From contig OZ316896.1 of assembly GCA_973895155.1 (NCBI GenBank), positions 5,151,925 to 5,215,924 on the forward strand: DNA of 64,000 nt. The letters run 5' to 3'. The DNA is from Marsupella aquatica. Taxonomy: Eukaryota; Plantae; Marchantiophyta. The position numbers and the translations under genes are program-made. The notes under the pieces are model-generated. The model was not told the origin of the DNA. It saw nothing but the letters and a program-made list of their open reading frames with translations, and did not search any database. This document shows, one piece after another, positions 1-14,489 of the stretch. Every line of letters begins with the position of its first letter. Position 1 is the stretch's first letter.

Positions 1-479
1 TCCCTAGTTTTAGGTTTGACCTTTAGGCTCAGTCTAATAGATCTGAGGTCACAAACTGACTCATGGAAGAGTGAAAATGTCGTTAATTTTAGCCACAAGT
101 TCTCTTCAATTTTAGAGGAGTGGAATATAGCCAACTTTTGCCACTAAGAAAAATTTGAAAGAAAACCAAAAAAGAACCCTAAGGTACACATTTCTCGTGT
201 GCAGTTAATTAAGCTTCTTTTATAACGCGTTACCCTCACAAAGAGGGCGAGCCGGTCTCACAGGTGTACCGGAAGCAAGCGGTCCCAAAGTACAGTCTCG
301 GACTGTAGTAGTAGTGCCGTAGTGGAGAGGGGACTAGGGGAGCCTGTTCATTTAGGGGCTTACGTTACCGTACTCCCAGTGCATCGGAATTCCACCCATC
401 ATTCAATGCAAATAACACTCTTTATTTCGCTCATTATTAACTCGTATAATTATTTCGATTTGTGGCCCGGCCACAAAAC

Positions 480-1050
480 TATGATCATTAGCTACCATTA
501 AGCCGTTTTTCAAATATTTCGAGAAGGAATAACTCAAGAATCTTTACAACGCTCATCAGCTCACGGTTTTAGTTATTATTACTGTAACGTCTCTAATTTC
601 AATTGGCCCATAAATGAAGGAGCTCAGACATTAGTAATTGTAATTGCGCACGAATTATTATTGTGGGCCACCATGGAGACGTTTCCTAGTACTCACAAGA
701 GGCATAATTTAGGAATATTCGATACCCCTTCTCCGATTAATCAGATTATAAACTTCCATTATGGATTTTGTTATTGTTGCTGTAGGGTATTTGCATTCCA
801 ATTGGCTGATAGAATTAATGACGAAATTCAGACAATAACTACAGTAGACACTGTATTTTGATTGCACATAAATGATTATTATTGGCTACCATGGCGACGT
901 TTTTCAAATATTTCCAAGATTCATAATCCAGGAATATTCGATACACCCCTTCTCCAATTAATCAGATTATAGTTCTCGTTATTATTGCTGTAACGTGTGT
1001 GAATTTCAATTGGCTGATAAAATTAATGAAGAAATCAAGAACGGCGCAAA
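480..1050. repeat. Degenerate AT-rich tandem/local repeat (~200-220 bp units)
   Basis: Recurring blocks: ggaatattcgata(c)cccct-tctcc(g/a)attaatcagattata at ~712 and ~931; (g/a)gc(t/c)accat...gttt at ~490, ~667 and ~884; caattggctgata at ~800 and ~1007. Confidence 0.6.
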
Positions 1051-1485
1051 GTTGTCGATTAAAACAGGCGAGTAATTTGCTGCAGCAATCTACTATCGGT
1101 ATCTTCATCATGAGCCGTCGATTGCCGATATGCTCGGTCCCCAGATTGGCAGATTGTTTATATTCTATCATCTGTGGGACTGTGGCAGTGGGATTTTCAC
1201 TGTTGCAGTCACGAACTTCTAGTGTGCTGTCACTACTACCGTGTCGGCCGGGGAACAAAAGCGCGGTACGGACGACGCGGCGAATTTCTTCGCTTCAGTT
1301 CGAAGGTCGCACTTGATCATAAATGGGTAATATAATATAATTTTAGTTTTAATTTAATTTAGTCAGTTTTGAGTACTGCCTCCAAATCAAATCTTGGTCA
1401 GTTTCTTAAAGGACCTGTACATATTATATATGTACAAGAAGTTGGCAGTGCTCGTTTTTTATATGTGTGAGTTGTAATCCTAGCC

Positions 1486-1534
1486 ACTCAAATGTGAAAA
1501 CAGGGCACACTCAAATGTGAAAACAGGGCACACT
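1486..1534. repeat. Perfect short direct repeat (23-bp unit x2)
   Basis: cactcaaatgtgaaaacagggca occurs twice in tandem. Confidence 0.85.
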
Positions 1535-4500
1535 GTATTTGACATGAACTCAAATCATGTTACTATAGAAGCGTCAACTTAAAGCTTACTCTTAAGGGCC
1601 TATGTGAAGTCTCTAGATCATAACTCCCAATACAGACAAAATTGATAAATGAGGTTCAATAAGGTCAACATTTTAAATAAGAATGGAAAAAGTGATATTA
1701 GCTCCAAAAAAGACAAAACTGAAATGAGGATTGACAAAAAACAAGGATGGTGCAAAGACGAACCAAAATAACATTAAAAACTTATTTTGCAAAAAATTTC
1801 TTCATATCTATTTATCTTCAAGGAACGCTTCATGGGGCTAGTTATCTATCCTATTCATCTACCATCCTTGTGGGTAGGCAAACCGTTACCAATGCTAGTC
1901 ATCTACTGTCTAGTGGTTCCCTTGTGACGCCACTTTTTGGGCTGATGCATATTTTTATGTCTAAAAGTTAGACCTCCTTTTGAAGTGGTCTAAATAAATG
2001 GACCACCCTACCATTTCTATTGAGGGTCTAGCATTTATTATTTCTAGACCAGACACATTTTGCTCAAGCATTTTAACTTTAATGTCTTTGGATGGAGATA
2101 TGCTTCATGGCCCCCACCCTCTTGTGAAGCCACCCCCCCCTTTTTGACTAGTTCACAAAGAGAATATTTGTTAGGTATTTACTCAGAGATCTAGAGTTAC
2201 TTTGTAACAGCAATCAGTCACTTGGTTACAATTAGAAGTGCAACTGATATTGACACTAGCAAGATTTAATTAGTGGGTGTAACTTAGACTCATTATTACA
2301 CCCTAAACCAATTATTGGAAGATAAGAAGAGTTTAGTATGTGAAATCTTGATACAACCGAAGGGCTTAGATATCAATTAAGTTCTCTTGTGTTCTCCGGT
2401 GGACGTAGCCTCTAGTGAGGTCAACCAATTATCTCCTATGTTGACAACTTGTACATTCAATGGATATTTCTTATGTGCATGTTATCTTATGAATAATGAT
2501 TGTTTTGCTCAACAATATTGTTGCTAACCAGTGATGGTCACTGAAATGTTTTCAAACATAAGTGAGATGGTCAAGTATCGAGTGTTGCAAGGCCTTGCAA
2601 AGCACTGGATTTCAAAGAGTGTGTGATCTTCCAGGAGAGTGACAGGTTGGGCATGGAAAATGTGCACAATGGCACCACCCATACACCCCTTAGGACCATA
2701 TCATGGATAGGAGCAGAGGTCACCAGAGTTGAACTGCAAGGGAGACTTCACTCCAGAAATGTACCATGAGAAAGAAAGAATATAATTTCACATTATGGTA
2801 CAAAGTCTACATTGTCCAATTACAAGACCTTGACTTGTTGGGGGGGGGGGCGGGGGGTTATGCAGATCATAAAAATTAGCTACTTAGATGATATTGGGGA
2901 ACAAATTGTTAATTCAAAAATCTTTGATCATTATGGTTGCAAGAATTTTAATATGATAATGCATGATCAGAGAATAAATTTTTGAACCAAGTATGTTAGA
3001 TGATTAAATAAAGGGCTTCATGAAGCCGACATGTATTATTTTCCTTGTATGTTCTGAAGTATGTTTTCCATCTTGCCAAGGGAACCACACACTTTTTGCT
3101 GCTAGTATTTTAGGAGAAGAAAAAGTGCACACTTGAAAAGTTCATTAGAGAAGGAGTGTGGCCTGGAGAATATTGACTCATCTTCACCATGGCAACCTAA
3201 AGCTGTAGCACTGAAGTTCATATTCCACTTAGGAGGTTAAACAACCTTAACTTCAAAGCCTTCATGAACAGCAACATGAAATCTAATTCCTCCAAGTAAC
3301 TTATAGAGACTATATTCCAACTGAAGGCACAATAAAGAATTTATCCAGGTGCATCTTCCTTAGGTCCTCAAACAACTTCTCTACATCAGACTCTGCCAGC
3401 AGTATCTTGGCCAAAATTGACTCACAAATTGGTAGCTCGGTACTGGCACCATTTTCTCCTTCCCCAGCCAGACAAAGATCAACCTCGATTTCTCTCTCAC
3501 CCATATCCTCTTAGCAACAGAAATTGGAAATAATAGAGCAAAGGCAAAACAACTCAGTTTAATCAGTAATTTGTTCTTATGTATCTGCTGAATAACCTAA
3601 AACCTACTCTTGAGGCTCATTGTCCTTTCCAGGTCATTCTCCTGCCAAATTGAGACTCTCCCAAAGCGACACAAGCTCACATTCCCATGCCAATGTTGGT
3701 TTGACCACAGAGTATTGATTGGACAACCACCATGCCTTTTGTTTCTGCTTTGGCAGCGTAGATTTAGGCTGAACTGTCCCACTAGTTTTGGTCTGGGAAA
3801 AGTATTACGGCCCATCAGGTCTTTCTTGTAAACACCCCTCATCCATATTGGAGGTGATTGTCATGCTTTAGAGGGGCATATTGAAATGTTTCCAAAGGGA
3901 ATGAGACATAGACCAGGATTGATCTATCGATTGCATGATTGGAGCTCTACCTTAGGGTGGGAGAACCAATCCCAGCAGGGCATGAAGACAAGCAAGGAGC
4001 ATGCACCAATATCTATTGGTCCCTGGCTATTGAGTATATAAACTGGGAAGCAAAAGAGCACTTTAAGGCCAAAACATAGAGTTGTTGAATGGGATCTATG
4101 AGTAGAGGGTGATTGTGGCTGGCCACAGGTCTAGATGCATTTGCTAACCACTAGCCTGATTACCCATTCCTTGAATGTAAATAGATATGAAGAAAAACAA
4201 TCTTGCACAAAAACAATTTTATTCTATTTCAGCTCATCTTTGCCCCATCTTGTTCTTTGTCCACCCTCTTTTCAATAGTATGGCTTATTTAGAGTCAATG
4301 TCCCTTTTGTTATCTTTGCCCCCATCCTATTTTTTGTTTATCCTCATGTTAAGTTGTGTGTTTATAAAAGACTCGTTATCAGTTTTGTCTCTATTGGGAG
4401 TTACGGCCTTCACTCTAGACCATAGGCCTTAAAGGTAGCTTCCCTTTGTGAATTATTAGTAAGATGTCTAGCTCATATTTTGGGGAAGTTGGAAGAGGTT

Positions 4501-7118
4501 GACGGGCCTGGGTGGGGGCACCATATATGGAAGAGGATGCAAAAAATTGCTAGATAATTAGTACAATTATTGACAACATAGAGTGGCTTTACAAGTGGCA
4601 GGGTGCACTTGCTACTTTTTTTAAACCGATTAAACTGGAGGGTGGCCACTTGTTGTTGCCTTGATTGAAGGAGTCAAATTTGGAAATGTTGGGACCACCT
4701 CGAGAGGTGGTCTAAATTGTAGACAATATAAGCACCCCACATCAGCATTTCCCTGGGCACCTTGCCATGTAAGATTGGTATAGAACACACCTGAATGGGC
4801 CCCAAAGTTTTCTGAGGCCAAGTGCAGAGTCTCCACTCAATATGCTCTCTAGATTTAACATCAGATGGAATAAGGAAAAGGCAATCATGCCCCAAAAGTC
4901 TTGTAAAGCCACCCTCAGTGGGCCAATACCACTTTTGACATACATGGCTATAAACATATGGGTTCAACTCTAATGTAGAAGGCAAAGGTGGAAGTGGAGG
5001 GTGTGGAGCTATGTATGCATACGTGTAATAGAATGGGGTGACAACAAGGCGGGCAAGAAGAGGGTGGGATAACCAAACTAAGGAATGGTCAATATTTAAG
5101 GGGTTTATTTTCATGGTCATGCGGCTTCCCAATTCTAAAACTAAAGTTTCCCCCTGCCTCTTACTGGGGGGTGCACTAAGTACTAACTAAGAGCTGTGGC
5201 CCCAGCTTAGAGTGTCTCATGAACAAGAGAGGTCTGGTTTATGGGAAGATCCTTTTTTTAATTTATATTTTTTTAAGGGGAAATCTGTGAAACCCCACAG
5301 AAAGGGAAGCCACAATAGTTAGGGAGTGTCAGTCACAACCCAAGACCTCTCAGTCTCTACTCAAGTGAGTCACAAAGTCATGCCTCTCTGGGCTTTTATG
5401 TGAAGATCCTAATTTAGAAAACAAAAAAATACCAAATTTCCTCTATGAGCTGAAAAATTTACTCCATACCCTTAGATTTTGGAATTAACAAATTAGTTTG
5501 AGTACCCCTTGGTTATGTAAACTTGTTTTATTGAATTATTTGGAGCAATGAAGAGTTGCACATTGGAATAGATAGATGAGAGAACACATGTGAAAGGAGT
5601 ATTATAATGAAGTGCATTCTAGAGGTAGTTAGGACAATTTCATTGATGACAAATAAGAGTACATTCATGGTAATAGGGAGTGTAATTCTCCATGCAAAAT
5701 GTTTCCCTTAGTACCCTATGTCTATATAACACATGTAACAATAATTCCATATATTTCATGTAAAATATTACTTTGTCCATAGTAGTTTAAAAATATAGAG
5801 TCCCTTGCTATTACTCTACCCATACTAGTTATGGTGTATTATCTTTGCTTGTTACTCTTCTATCCATAGTAGCCAAAGGGTTTCTCAAGTTATCTTGGTA
5901 AATGTTAGAGAAGTTGAGAAGTTTCTTGGGTTTCTTATGTTATCTTAGTTGGTAAATGTTAGAGTAGTTGAAGAGTTTCTTTCTACTTGTGTAAATTAAA
6001 TTGAAAATTGAAAAAGATCTTGGAAAAACACTGATATATCAATCACAACTCTTTCACCACTATTTTACTCTTTTTTCTTTGTTTACTTGAAATGTTACTT
6101 TTCAATTTTCCATTGCTTTTACAATTATAGTGTCTAACTGATTTTCTTTGCCTTGAACAGTCAAATTTGGTTCTTTTTGCATAACTAACTGTTCTTGTTT
6201 GTGACTAGTCATGCTGATGTGGCTGCACTTGCATCCAAGAATTTTGGAATGAACTCCCATGGGGGTCTATAAATACCCCTCAAATCTTCAAGTGAATGGA
6301 TCCCTTGGGGAACTCTTAGGAGTCAATTTGATCAGTCCTCTTTAACTCAATTGCGAGAGGCCCCTTGGTGCCTTGTGTTCCCTTGGCTTGGGCCATGTTT
6401 GCCCCCTTGCATAGTTGACAGGACAGGTCCCCTTTTATTAAAAAAGAACCTTTTCTTAAATGTTTTGTTTTAACGCTCAGATCCATGTTAAATGAAATTT
6501 TGACATGAATTGCTGTACTAATTTTGATAGAACTATTATGCCTTTGTCTCAATGGCACTATCATGGAATTGCGAAAGAAAAGTGGCACTCATACAACTAA
6601 GAGGGGTATTGGGGGGCCTTAAAGTCTCAGAGTTAGGCTTGATTGCCCTTGGCCATATCATTTGGCCATAAACTTCTTCACAAGCTTTGGTGAAACTTTG
6701 AGAATGCCTGACTGTTTTCCCGCCTCGGATGTAGGGCTGGATTATTATCATACAGCCAATTTCTTTCTTGTTCTTAAACCTTTCCCATGGTGGTGACTAG
6801 CTAGGGGGGCAGGAATGCTACACTAAGGAAAGACAAGAAACCTAGTTTTAGAGCACCAATAGTCAATTGTACAACACTTTCTGGCACATCACCCCACTAT
6901 GGAGACAATTTTGGCTAATGGCTGCCATTTCTTCACAAATTTTTCCCTAGTACTATTTGCCAGCCTTTTTTCCAGGTAAGATTTTGGCAAATACTTGCCC
7001 ACAAAGTAATGGTTGTTGCTATGGCTTGAAGTAGCTGTTTAGGGCTAAAAGTTACTAATAGCATTTTGAGAGTACTGAACTCTTTTTTGTCCATATTATT
7101 AACGTGGAGTTGAGTACT

Positions 7119-7397
7119 ATCAGATGGTCATCCATCTTCTACCCTAATCACAATAATTGTCTTACTAACTAGCCCTCCACATTGGATTGGGTCTCTTACT
7201 TTTATGCCTTCTTTTCTCTTGTCCAACCCACTCTGCCCCCTCCTCCATCCCTACTGGTTGAGGGTGTTGAGGTTAAGTTGACTATGGTGACAACTGTCCT
7301 ATGATGAATACTGGGAGGATGTTGACTGTCTGATCATCTAAGTTAACTAGAGTTACTTTGTTTAAACTAGAGCAGTGGAAAAAGGTGCAGTAATTCA
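7119..7397 (+). repeat. Dispersed non-coding repeat, copy A (partner at ~27469-27795)
   Basis: Collinear shared blocks with 27469-27795: atcagatggtcatccat; 24/24 identical acattggattgggtctcttacttt (7179-7202 vs 27524-27547); gagggtg(t/c)tgaggttaa; agagttactttg. Confidence 0.75.
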
Positions 7398-7974
7398 ACT
7401 ATATAATTGCAATCAAAAGTTACTCTTAAAGGTTTATGGCCTATAGTGAGGCCTCAAGACTGTGACTTTGGTGGCGTAACTGAAGTAGGGGGTGCAAGTG
7501 AAAAACAGGGATTGGGGGCATGTTGAATATATGTGCATATTGCTTGAATGTTGTCACCTCTATTATGTTCAAAAATTGACACTCAAGACAATTATATTAG
7601 AAGAAAGTCCCAAAGTGTATGATCTTACCAACCAAAATTGGCAGGAATGACATCTCTTACACCTCAGTAACTAGTGTAACTTTGTTTAAGGAGCACTAGA
7701 CAAAGGTGGCACTAAATTTAGGATAATCACGATACAAAGCTAGAGTGAGACCTCTAGATGGTGAGTCTAGTGACTTAACTGAAGTTCCTCTGCCAGTGGA
7801 AATCGGGATTGGATGTTATAGAACTGGCCCAGCAAATTTAAATAAACTCACCCCTGTTTGACTTGCACTAAGGCTACTTAATCTACAAGGAGACTAATTA
7901 AATTAAATATAGTGGCAAAGTATGTAATCCTACCCAAAAGATTGGCAATGTACTATGTAAAAGTAGTGATTACC

Positions 7975-8032
7975 ATCATCACATCATCACATCATCACAT
8001 CTCTTACTCCTTACCTTACGTTACCTTACCTC
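7975..8032. repeat. Compound microsatellite (ACATC)n followed by (CCTTA)n
   Basis: catcacatcatcacatcatcacatc then ccttaccttacgttaccttacc, immediately upstream of the GC-richer leader region of the mTERF gene. Confidence 0.8.
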
Positions 8033-9628
8033 AACGAAACAAGCCACACATCACTTGCTCTCCTCAGTAGAGCTCTCTCCGCCATAGCTGTTGCTCCTCG
8101 CTCCACCAGAGCTCTGTGGGTTTAAAAAATCAACAGAAGAACACTCGAGCTAATCTACCTCGGAGGGCTTGGAGCTGATTAATTTGTCAATCGGCCCTTC
8201 AAAAGACAGCCCTAATGTGTAAGGTGTCAACTTGGCAAGCTTTCGGAGGCAGTGCTTGCGTTTGTCTGTTTTGAGGTGAGGCAGAAGAGACGAGCTCGAG
8301 GTACCTTTCCATGTTTATGTTTCTCCTTCAAATTTGTTGAGGATAGAATTTCTTCGTTGAAGAGGTGAGGACAGACGGTACAGCACTTTTCTGGGATTGA
8401 ACAAAATCTGTAAAGAAAGACTTGTCTGAAATGTCTGCGAGCTGTGAGAAATGTAAGGTCGGTGTTTGATTTCGTTAGAGATGAGATTGCAGGATTATTT
8501 TGGTGCTGCTTCGATGCTAGCTGGGAGATATTAGGTTTTGATTTGGTTGACATTGGTAATGTGGGCCTCCTATAATTGGCCAAGTACCGACGTCAGTACT
8601 TTTTGATCGTGATCGATTGGCAGCACTCAGAGAAAGAAACGACAGAAACGATCCAGTAAACAGTCCGCCAATTTTCTCCCCTGCAACTCGTTTTCAACAG
8701 ATTGTTGTTTTTCATTGTTTCTCAGGGGAGTCACGATTCAACGTTTCATGTATTCGACGAAAACCTGCCCTTCCATCGCAGAATGTTTCTCTACAAAACT
8801 TCTCTGCTCAGGTCAGAGCTCTTATTTTCGTCTTTCTTTGTTGAGGAATTCTTGCGGATGTCTCGTTCCATGGCTTAGTGATAAGGTAAAACGCGATAAC
8901 CGTAGAGAAGGAAAGAAAAAAGTGCATTTGGAGGGGCAATATGAATCAGACAGAGAGCTTGAATCTTGAAGAAGACAGGGATATTACCTTCAGGGGCAAT
9001 CTTTAATTCGGCAGAGTTGCTTTCGTGACGAATCTGTGAGCTCACCTCATTATAGCTCTCTCACGTGGGCACAGAAGACAATTCCTGGAATGGACGGCTA
9101 AAAAATCCAATTCTCGCAGGCCATTGGCAGCTCAGCAGTATGGAGCTACAACTTCTTTTGACATAACGAATTGGCAATTCTGTCAATTGAAAATCTCTCC
9201 TCAACTGTGAAAAGACCCGACTGCGATCCTGCCGTAGTCTATTTCGGCACTCCAATTTGCAGAGGCGTTGCGCAACGAGAAGTTCGAGGTGGGAGTCAAT
9301 ACACGGCCCGTTTCAGTGGAGAAAAACTCTGTTGTTGCAGGACATCTGAAGAGGATTATTAGGGAGAGTGCTACTCGCGAAAGTTGCCGGTCTTGTAAAA
9401 CAACTCAGAATGTTTGTGACACGTTGCAGCATAGCAAATGCTTTACCGTCATTTTCCGGATAGCTGTGGGCCGAACGTTCCACACGAGTGACCTCTAATT
9501 TCTCCGCAACAGAGAGCTAGGAGAGGGAATTCAACTCTTTGCGTTCAAGAATCTAGCTTGGAGGGCTTATTTCTCCGAGACGGAGAGGTCGGAGAGGGGA
9601 TTGGAGAGGCGATTCACCTTCGACATGT

Positions 9629-12600
9629 ATGTCAATGTCGTTCATTGGAAGTTGCCACCTGGTCATCAATTTGACGCCGTCTGCTGCTATCCTTCTGCCT
9701 TCCTCCGATTATTTGTCATCGAAAAATTTGGCAATGTCTGAACAGTTACGTCTCTTTTCTGCCACAGACGTCCTCCATGCGGCTCCGCCGTTCGGTAAGC
9801 GTCTTCCGAGTCGGCATTGTCCAGGAGGAAATATATTCATTAGGGTCTCCTCTGTGGCCCGACCCATCTCATCTTCTGTAGTGCCAGCTCTTGCGAAAAG
9901 CAGTCTTTCGGAGTCTGCTCCACAGGATTCTCCAGGTACTGATGTTCCGGAAGACAGCAATAGAGAGCACTTGGGAAGCATTCATTCCCAAGGTGATGAT
10001 GCTCCGGAGCACAACAATAGAGAGCAGTTGGGAAGCATTCCGAGAGTGGTCATCTCGACCACCAAATATAGCAGATCAGCGCGAGCGATTGCCAATGAGC
10101 CTGAGTACATAAGCGAAAGGTATGTCAGGGGATCATTGAAGTTTCAGGTGGGGCTCTTACAAGGCTTCAGTCTAGATACGACAGCAAGTGTGATCGAAGC
10201 GGACGAGGGACACAAGGATGGGAAATTCAGACAACAAGCAAGTGAAACAGGGGAGGTGTCTACCTCTGGGGACAGAGGAGAATTGTGGAGTAGCGAGTCA
10301 TATCTCAGACAAGCTCTGAAGGCAAGATACCTCTCCCAAACCTTCAAGACAATGCAGAGGTACAAAGAGGTGATCTTAAGATTTCCAACCACAAACCTAT
10401 CAGTCGCCAAACGTTCGTCCAGAGAAGAGGATGTCCAAGACATTGATGATCCGTCCGACGGAATTGTTATGCAGTCCTGCACAGCAGCGAGCGATCAACT
10501 CAACAATGAAGAGGAATTATATCTACGCAGTGCATTGAACGCTAAAAGGCAACTTGCTTCAGAAATACTTGAGGCTTCGTTGTCAGCTGGACAACTTGGT
10601 CCCAAGTTCACCGAAGCACTCCTAAGTTCCATGTCACATTTCATAGACAGAATTGTCATAGAAGCGGTTGCTCTGAAGAAGCACTCGAAATTCAAAGAAT
10701 TTTCCTTCAACTCACGCGCAAGACTCTATATCAGTAACGTGAAGGTGGTCGAACTGATCAAGTGAGTATCGTGATTACTTCCCAGCAAAACTGATGATTG
10801 GTATTTACGAACTCTTAGTCACATATGTGAAGAAGTAAATAAGAAACTGATTCTTGGATCACGTTGGTCTGTTCAGGTGGTTGAAGCACCTAAAGCTGAC
10901 AGCTCCACGAATTGGTAGGCTGATTTGTACTGCTGATGAGTCCATAGGGTGCATCAAATCTCGAGTACAATGGCTCAGGACTGTTTATGTAAAAGGACGG
11001 GACCTTGGCGTAATACTTGAAAGATATCCACAGCTTTTGAGTTTACCATCTCAGGATCTCAACGAGAAGGTAAAACTTCTCGAGAGTGCTGGCGTTGAGA
11101 GAAAATGGCTTGGGCTAATTGTGAGTCGACAACCCAGGGTCCTCACTCTGAGCGCTGATGAGCTGCGAGAGAAAATCGCAATGTTTTCAGAGCTAGGACT
11201 TTCGGCGGAGCAGGTTGGAATTATGGTCTTCAAATTCCCAGCAATAATGGGGTACTTTTCGGTTGCGGAAATGCAATCCAAGGTCTGTCTTTGTCTTGTG
11301 ATTTTCATTTCACCATTTCCCTGTGGCGGACGAGGTTTGTACTCAAAGTTGTTTCATATCGTCCCTTAAATCACCTCAGACGGCAAATTTTTGAACCTCT
11401 GAAAAGAAAGCCTGTGTTTCCAGTATGCTTAACTATCAGACGCTGATTTTTTGGGGCTCATTTGAATGGTCACTTTTTCTCTACAAGTTTGAGTGGATTA
11501 CCGTGCCTTTGATGAACACATCACTGAAAATATGTTCATTCCTCCAGAAGAGGAGTAAAGGAAAGCTGCCTCTCATCGTCAGTCCGTGGCCGTGTAGGTG
11601 GACTATTTACGACAGGTTGGAATAGAGGATGTGGTTCTCGTAAAATCCCTTGCAAGCACCCCACAACTTCTGGCATGCAGTATTGAAGAATCGTGGGATA
11701 AACTCCTGCGATATTTCTATTTCCTTCAGATTGAGCTTTCAGGGATTAGGCGAATTTTAGGAGTCAATCCTTCAGTATTCTGCCTCAATCTTGAGGAGAA
11801 CATCGCACCCAAGGTAGCGCCTTCTCCATGTGTTTCGTTCTTAATATGGCCTCGGAGTCTTTTTATAGAGTATGCTCCATAGAGTAGAAAGGTTTACGGT
11901 TTCCATATTCTCTAACAACACATTTTGACAGAATAAACGTTCTTCTAACCATCAACAAATAATCGTTTGTGAAAAGGTGAAATTTCTACGTGCTATCGGC
12001 GTACATGAAGACGCGATTGGGCAACTTATTGTGGACTTCCCAGCGATCCTGACTTACAGCCTGGAAAAGAAGATTCGACCAGTGGTGAGCTTGAATTTCC
12101 TCAATTCCTCTTGATGGCTCCCCACTCATCGCCGTATCTGGGAGTGGGCTGTCGAATAAGTAACTGAAGTGCGTACGTGTACTGACAATGTCCGCTCCGC
12201 TCTTGCATTTGCATATGCACTTATTTACCCATTAACGTAACTAGAGAACGACTGGAATTTTGGCAATGTGCTTACTAATTCCAGATTTGCTATGATCTAA
12301 GCTGCACGAAGTATGCTATTCCCAGGCTTACTCTTCTGGAGTGCAAGTTCTTGTCTTCAGAACATTACTTGCAATGCAATGCTCAGCAGAAAAAGAAATT
12401 TGACGAAAATCAAGAGGGCCTGTAAGAAGAATCATCTTAATTGAGTTTGATACCCTCACCACCCGAGTAGCAGTTGATTGAATCGTGTTGGCTTTATGTC
12501 CATTCATCTCCATCTGCCCTGACACTGGCTGGGCTCGTATTGCAGGTGAGATTTCTTCTAGAAGAAGCAGGAGTCACAGAGGAGAAGGTCGGGAAGGTGA

Positions 12601-13338
12601 TAACTCTGCAGCCGGAGTTGATACGTTGTAGTTTGCCAAACAAATTACTGGCTCTGGTGAAGTATCTACGGTCTAAAGGTTTTAAGTCCTCTCAGATAGG
12701 CGGGATGATCGAAGATTTTCCTGCTCTCCTGATGTACAGCGTTCCAGCCCTCCATCCGAAGTTTCAGTACTTGATTCGACCAATGAAGAGATCACTTCCG
12801 GATGTAGTCACTTTTCCAAGGTGAGGGGCAGTCTTTAACAACGTCCAGCAATGTTTTCTGAGAATGACTTGATTCACAGGGCTAGAGATTTTTGTTGGGT
12901 TTGAGCAGTTCTTTTTATGTGGCCAGCATAAGCTGTCCTTGAGGTAGATGTGGAGTTAAACTAATAAGTTCGGTGAAGTACAGGGGTAGTCCGTGAAGCT
13001 GGTGAATAGTCCTGCATTACGGGACCTAGTTCGGTGAACGATGTTGATCTATTCTCTCCTGATTTTACTGTTACTGGCCTTTCAGGTATTTCAGCTACTC
13101 TCTTCAAACCAGAATCGTCCCCAGGCATGAAGTCCTGAAAGGGAAGGGTTTGAATTTTAGTTTGAGGCACATGCTTGCTTGCAGTGATGATGTTTTCGGC
13201 TCAAGAGTAGCAGCAGCAGAGCAAACAGACTTGATGACAAGTCATAATAGGGAAGACCCTGGTCAAGAAGACGATCAGTTCTGTACAACAGGGACTGAGC
13301 AAAACAGTGGCATGGCAATAGATTCTAACTACTCTTGA
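9629..13338 (+). CDS. MTERF2: mTERF family protein, mTERF2/EMB2219-type, probably plastid-targeted (~796 aa, 6 coding exons)
   Basis: Exons 9629-10761, 10877-11282, 11598-11813, 11977-12084, 12546-12820, 13086-13338, all GT-AG with consistent phase. mTERF repeats seen (FPAIMGYFS, PSVFCLNLEENIAPKVKFL, FPAILTYSLEKKIRPV, FPRYFSYSLQTRIVPRH). The segment SFNSRARLYI..VVELIKWLKH..WLRTVYVKG matches my recollection of plant mTERF2. N-terminus is Ser/Ala/Pro-rich. Probable 5'-UTR intron acceptor at 9512 (ctctaat..ttctccgcaacag). The start could also be the ATG at 9734. Confidence 0.88.
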
Positions 13339-14489
13339 AGTAAGCAAGAGTCGCGTTAGGGCTTTATCGACAATTAGATTTCGAATCAAGAATGCACACA
13401 TACATTGATGTGAGTAGATATGTATCATTGTAACTTGTATGTGATAGCCTTTCCAGAACGAAGACAGGGTTAGAACAGGTCTCAGAAGGGCATGTGGATG
13501 CTATAGAACAGGAGGCAGTAGTGGGAGATTGGATACAGAATCTGACTCAATCACGCAGTTTTTTTGGAACTGGAACCTGTGGAAGCTGGGCCCAAAGTTG
13601 AACTGGAAGCTGAACAGGGCTGAGAAGCCAATACGCAGGAAAGCCCGCCCTTTAGACACAACCGGAAAGACAAAGTGCCAGTGCAGGAGCAGACCCAACG
13701 ACAACTTCCAACGTTGCTACCAAATCCCAATTCAAGGATGAAGTGAGAGATCCTGCCAAGACGACTAATTCGGGATCAGATCTTTAACGCAGAACTCAAG
13801 CAGTCAGGTAATTGAAGGGATTTGTATAAGGAACTCGTGGAGTCTTTTAAAGGGAACAAAGTATAAGATGTATGTAAAACGCAATGTGAAGTGGCTTACA
13901 ATCGTTTCGGACGAGATCTTTCATTCTGTCACACACTTCCGAATGTAATCTACCTTCTCACTGGATTAAAAACAGTGTACACTGACCCCTTGAAGAGGCT
14001 CTTCGAATACTCGTTCCAAATTCAAAGCGTTGCTGCCAAAAGATTCAAGGTTTAGCCTCCAATGTAATGGAGGAAAGAAAAACTTGTAAGCCTCTCACCT
14101 ATTGTTTTGAGAAAGCTTAAACTTGGTGAACAATTTCATGAACGATAGGGATGAGAACAAACAATCCAAGATCAAGTTTGAGCAAAAGAGCGAACCAGTC
14201 AACAAGGTGAATGGTGGACTGAAGTGTATGTGGTCGAGTGAAAATCAAGGTAGTTGCTTCGATTCAGACCAGAGCTCGCCCTAAGAAAAACTGAGAGAGG
14301 AGCCAAGCAAAATTGTCATGTCAAGTAGAGACTCCTCAGATGCCTGCAAGCAAAGATGGGCTGGGTACTCATTGCTACCATTAGAGTTGTGTGCACATTA
14401 AGCCCCCTTTGCGACCTTGGGTTACCCTCCACATTCTCACAATTTGGCAAAGTGAGATTTATCTTTCATACTAGTTCAGTGATGATATT

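Noticed and set aside
614-625. tgaagggagctc resembles miR319/miR159
   Set aside because: The 12-nt match lacks the ttggac 5' part, and no fold-back partner was found.
2330-2530. ccggtggacgtagcc...aacca resembles a motif common in copia LTRs
   Set aside because: No partner LTR, TG..CA ends, PBS or PPT could be identified.
3100-4100. Possible degraded L1-type LINE on the minus strand (IDR-like and EKLFEDLRKMHLDK fragments)
   Set aside because: The motifs are too fragmentary to support by eye.
6536-6920. Possible MULE/FAR1 SWIM-finger remnant on the minus strand (CLHSGVMCQKVL; YGQMIWP...LRPP)
   Set aside because: Key Cys/His residues are missing and no transposase core is visible; an HMM search is needed.
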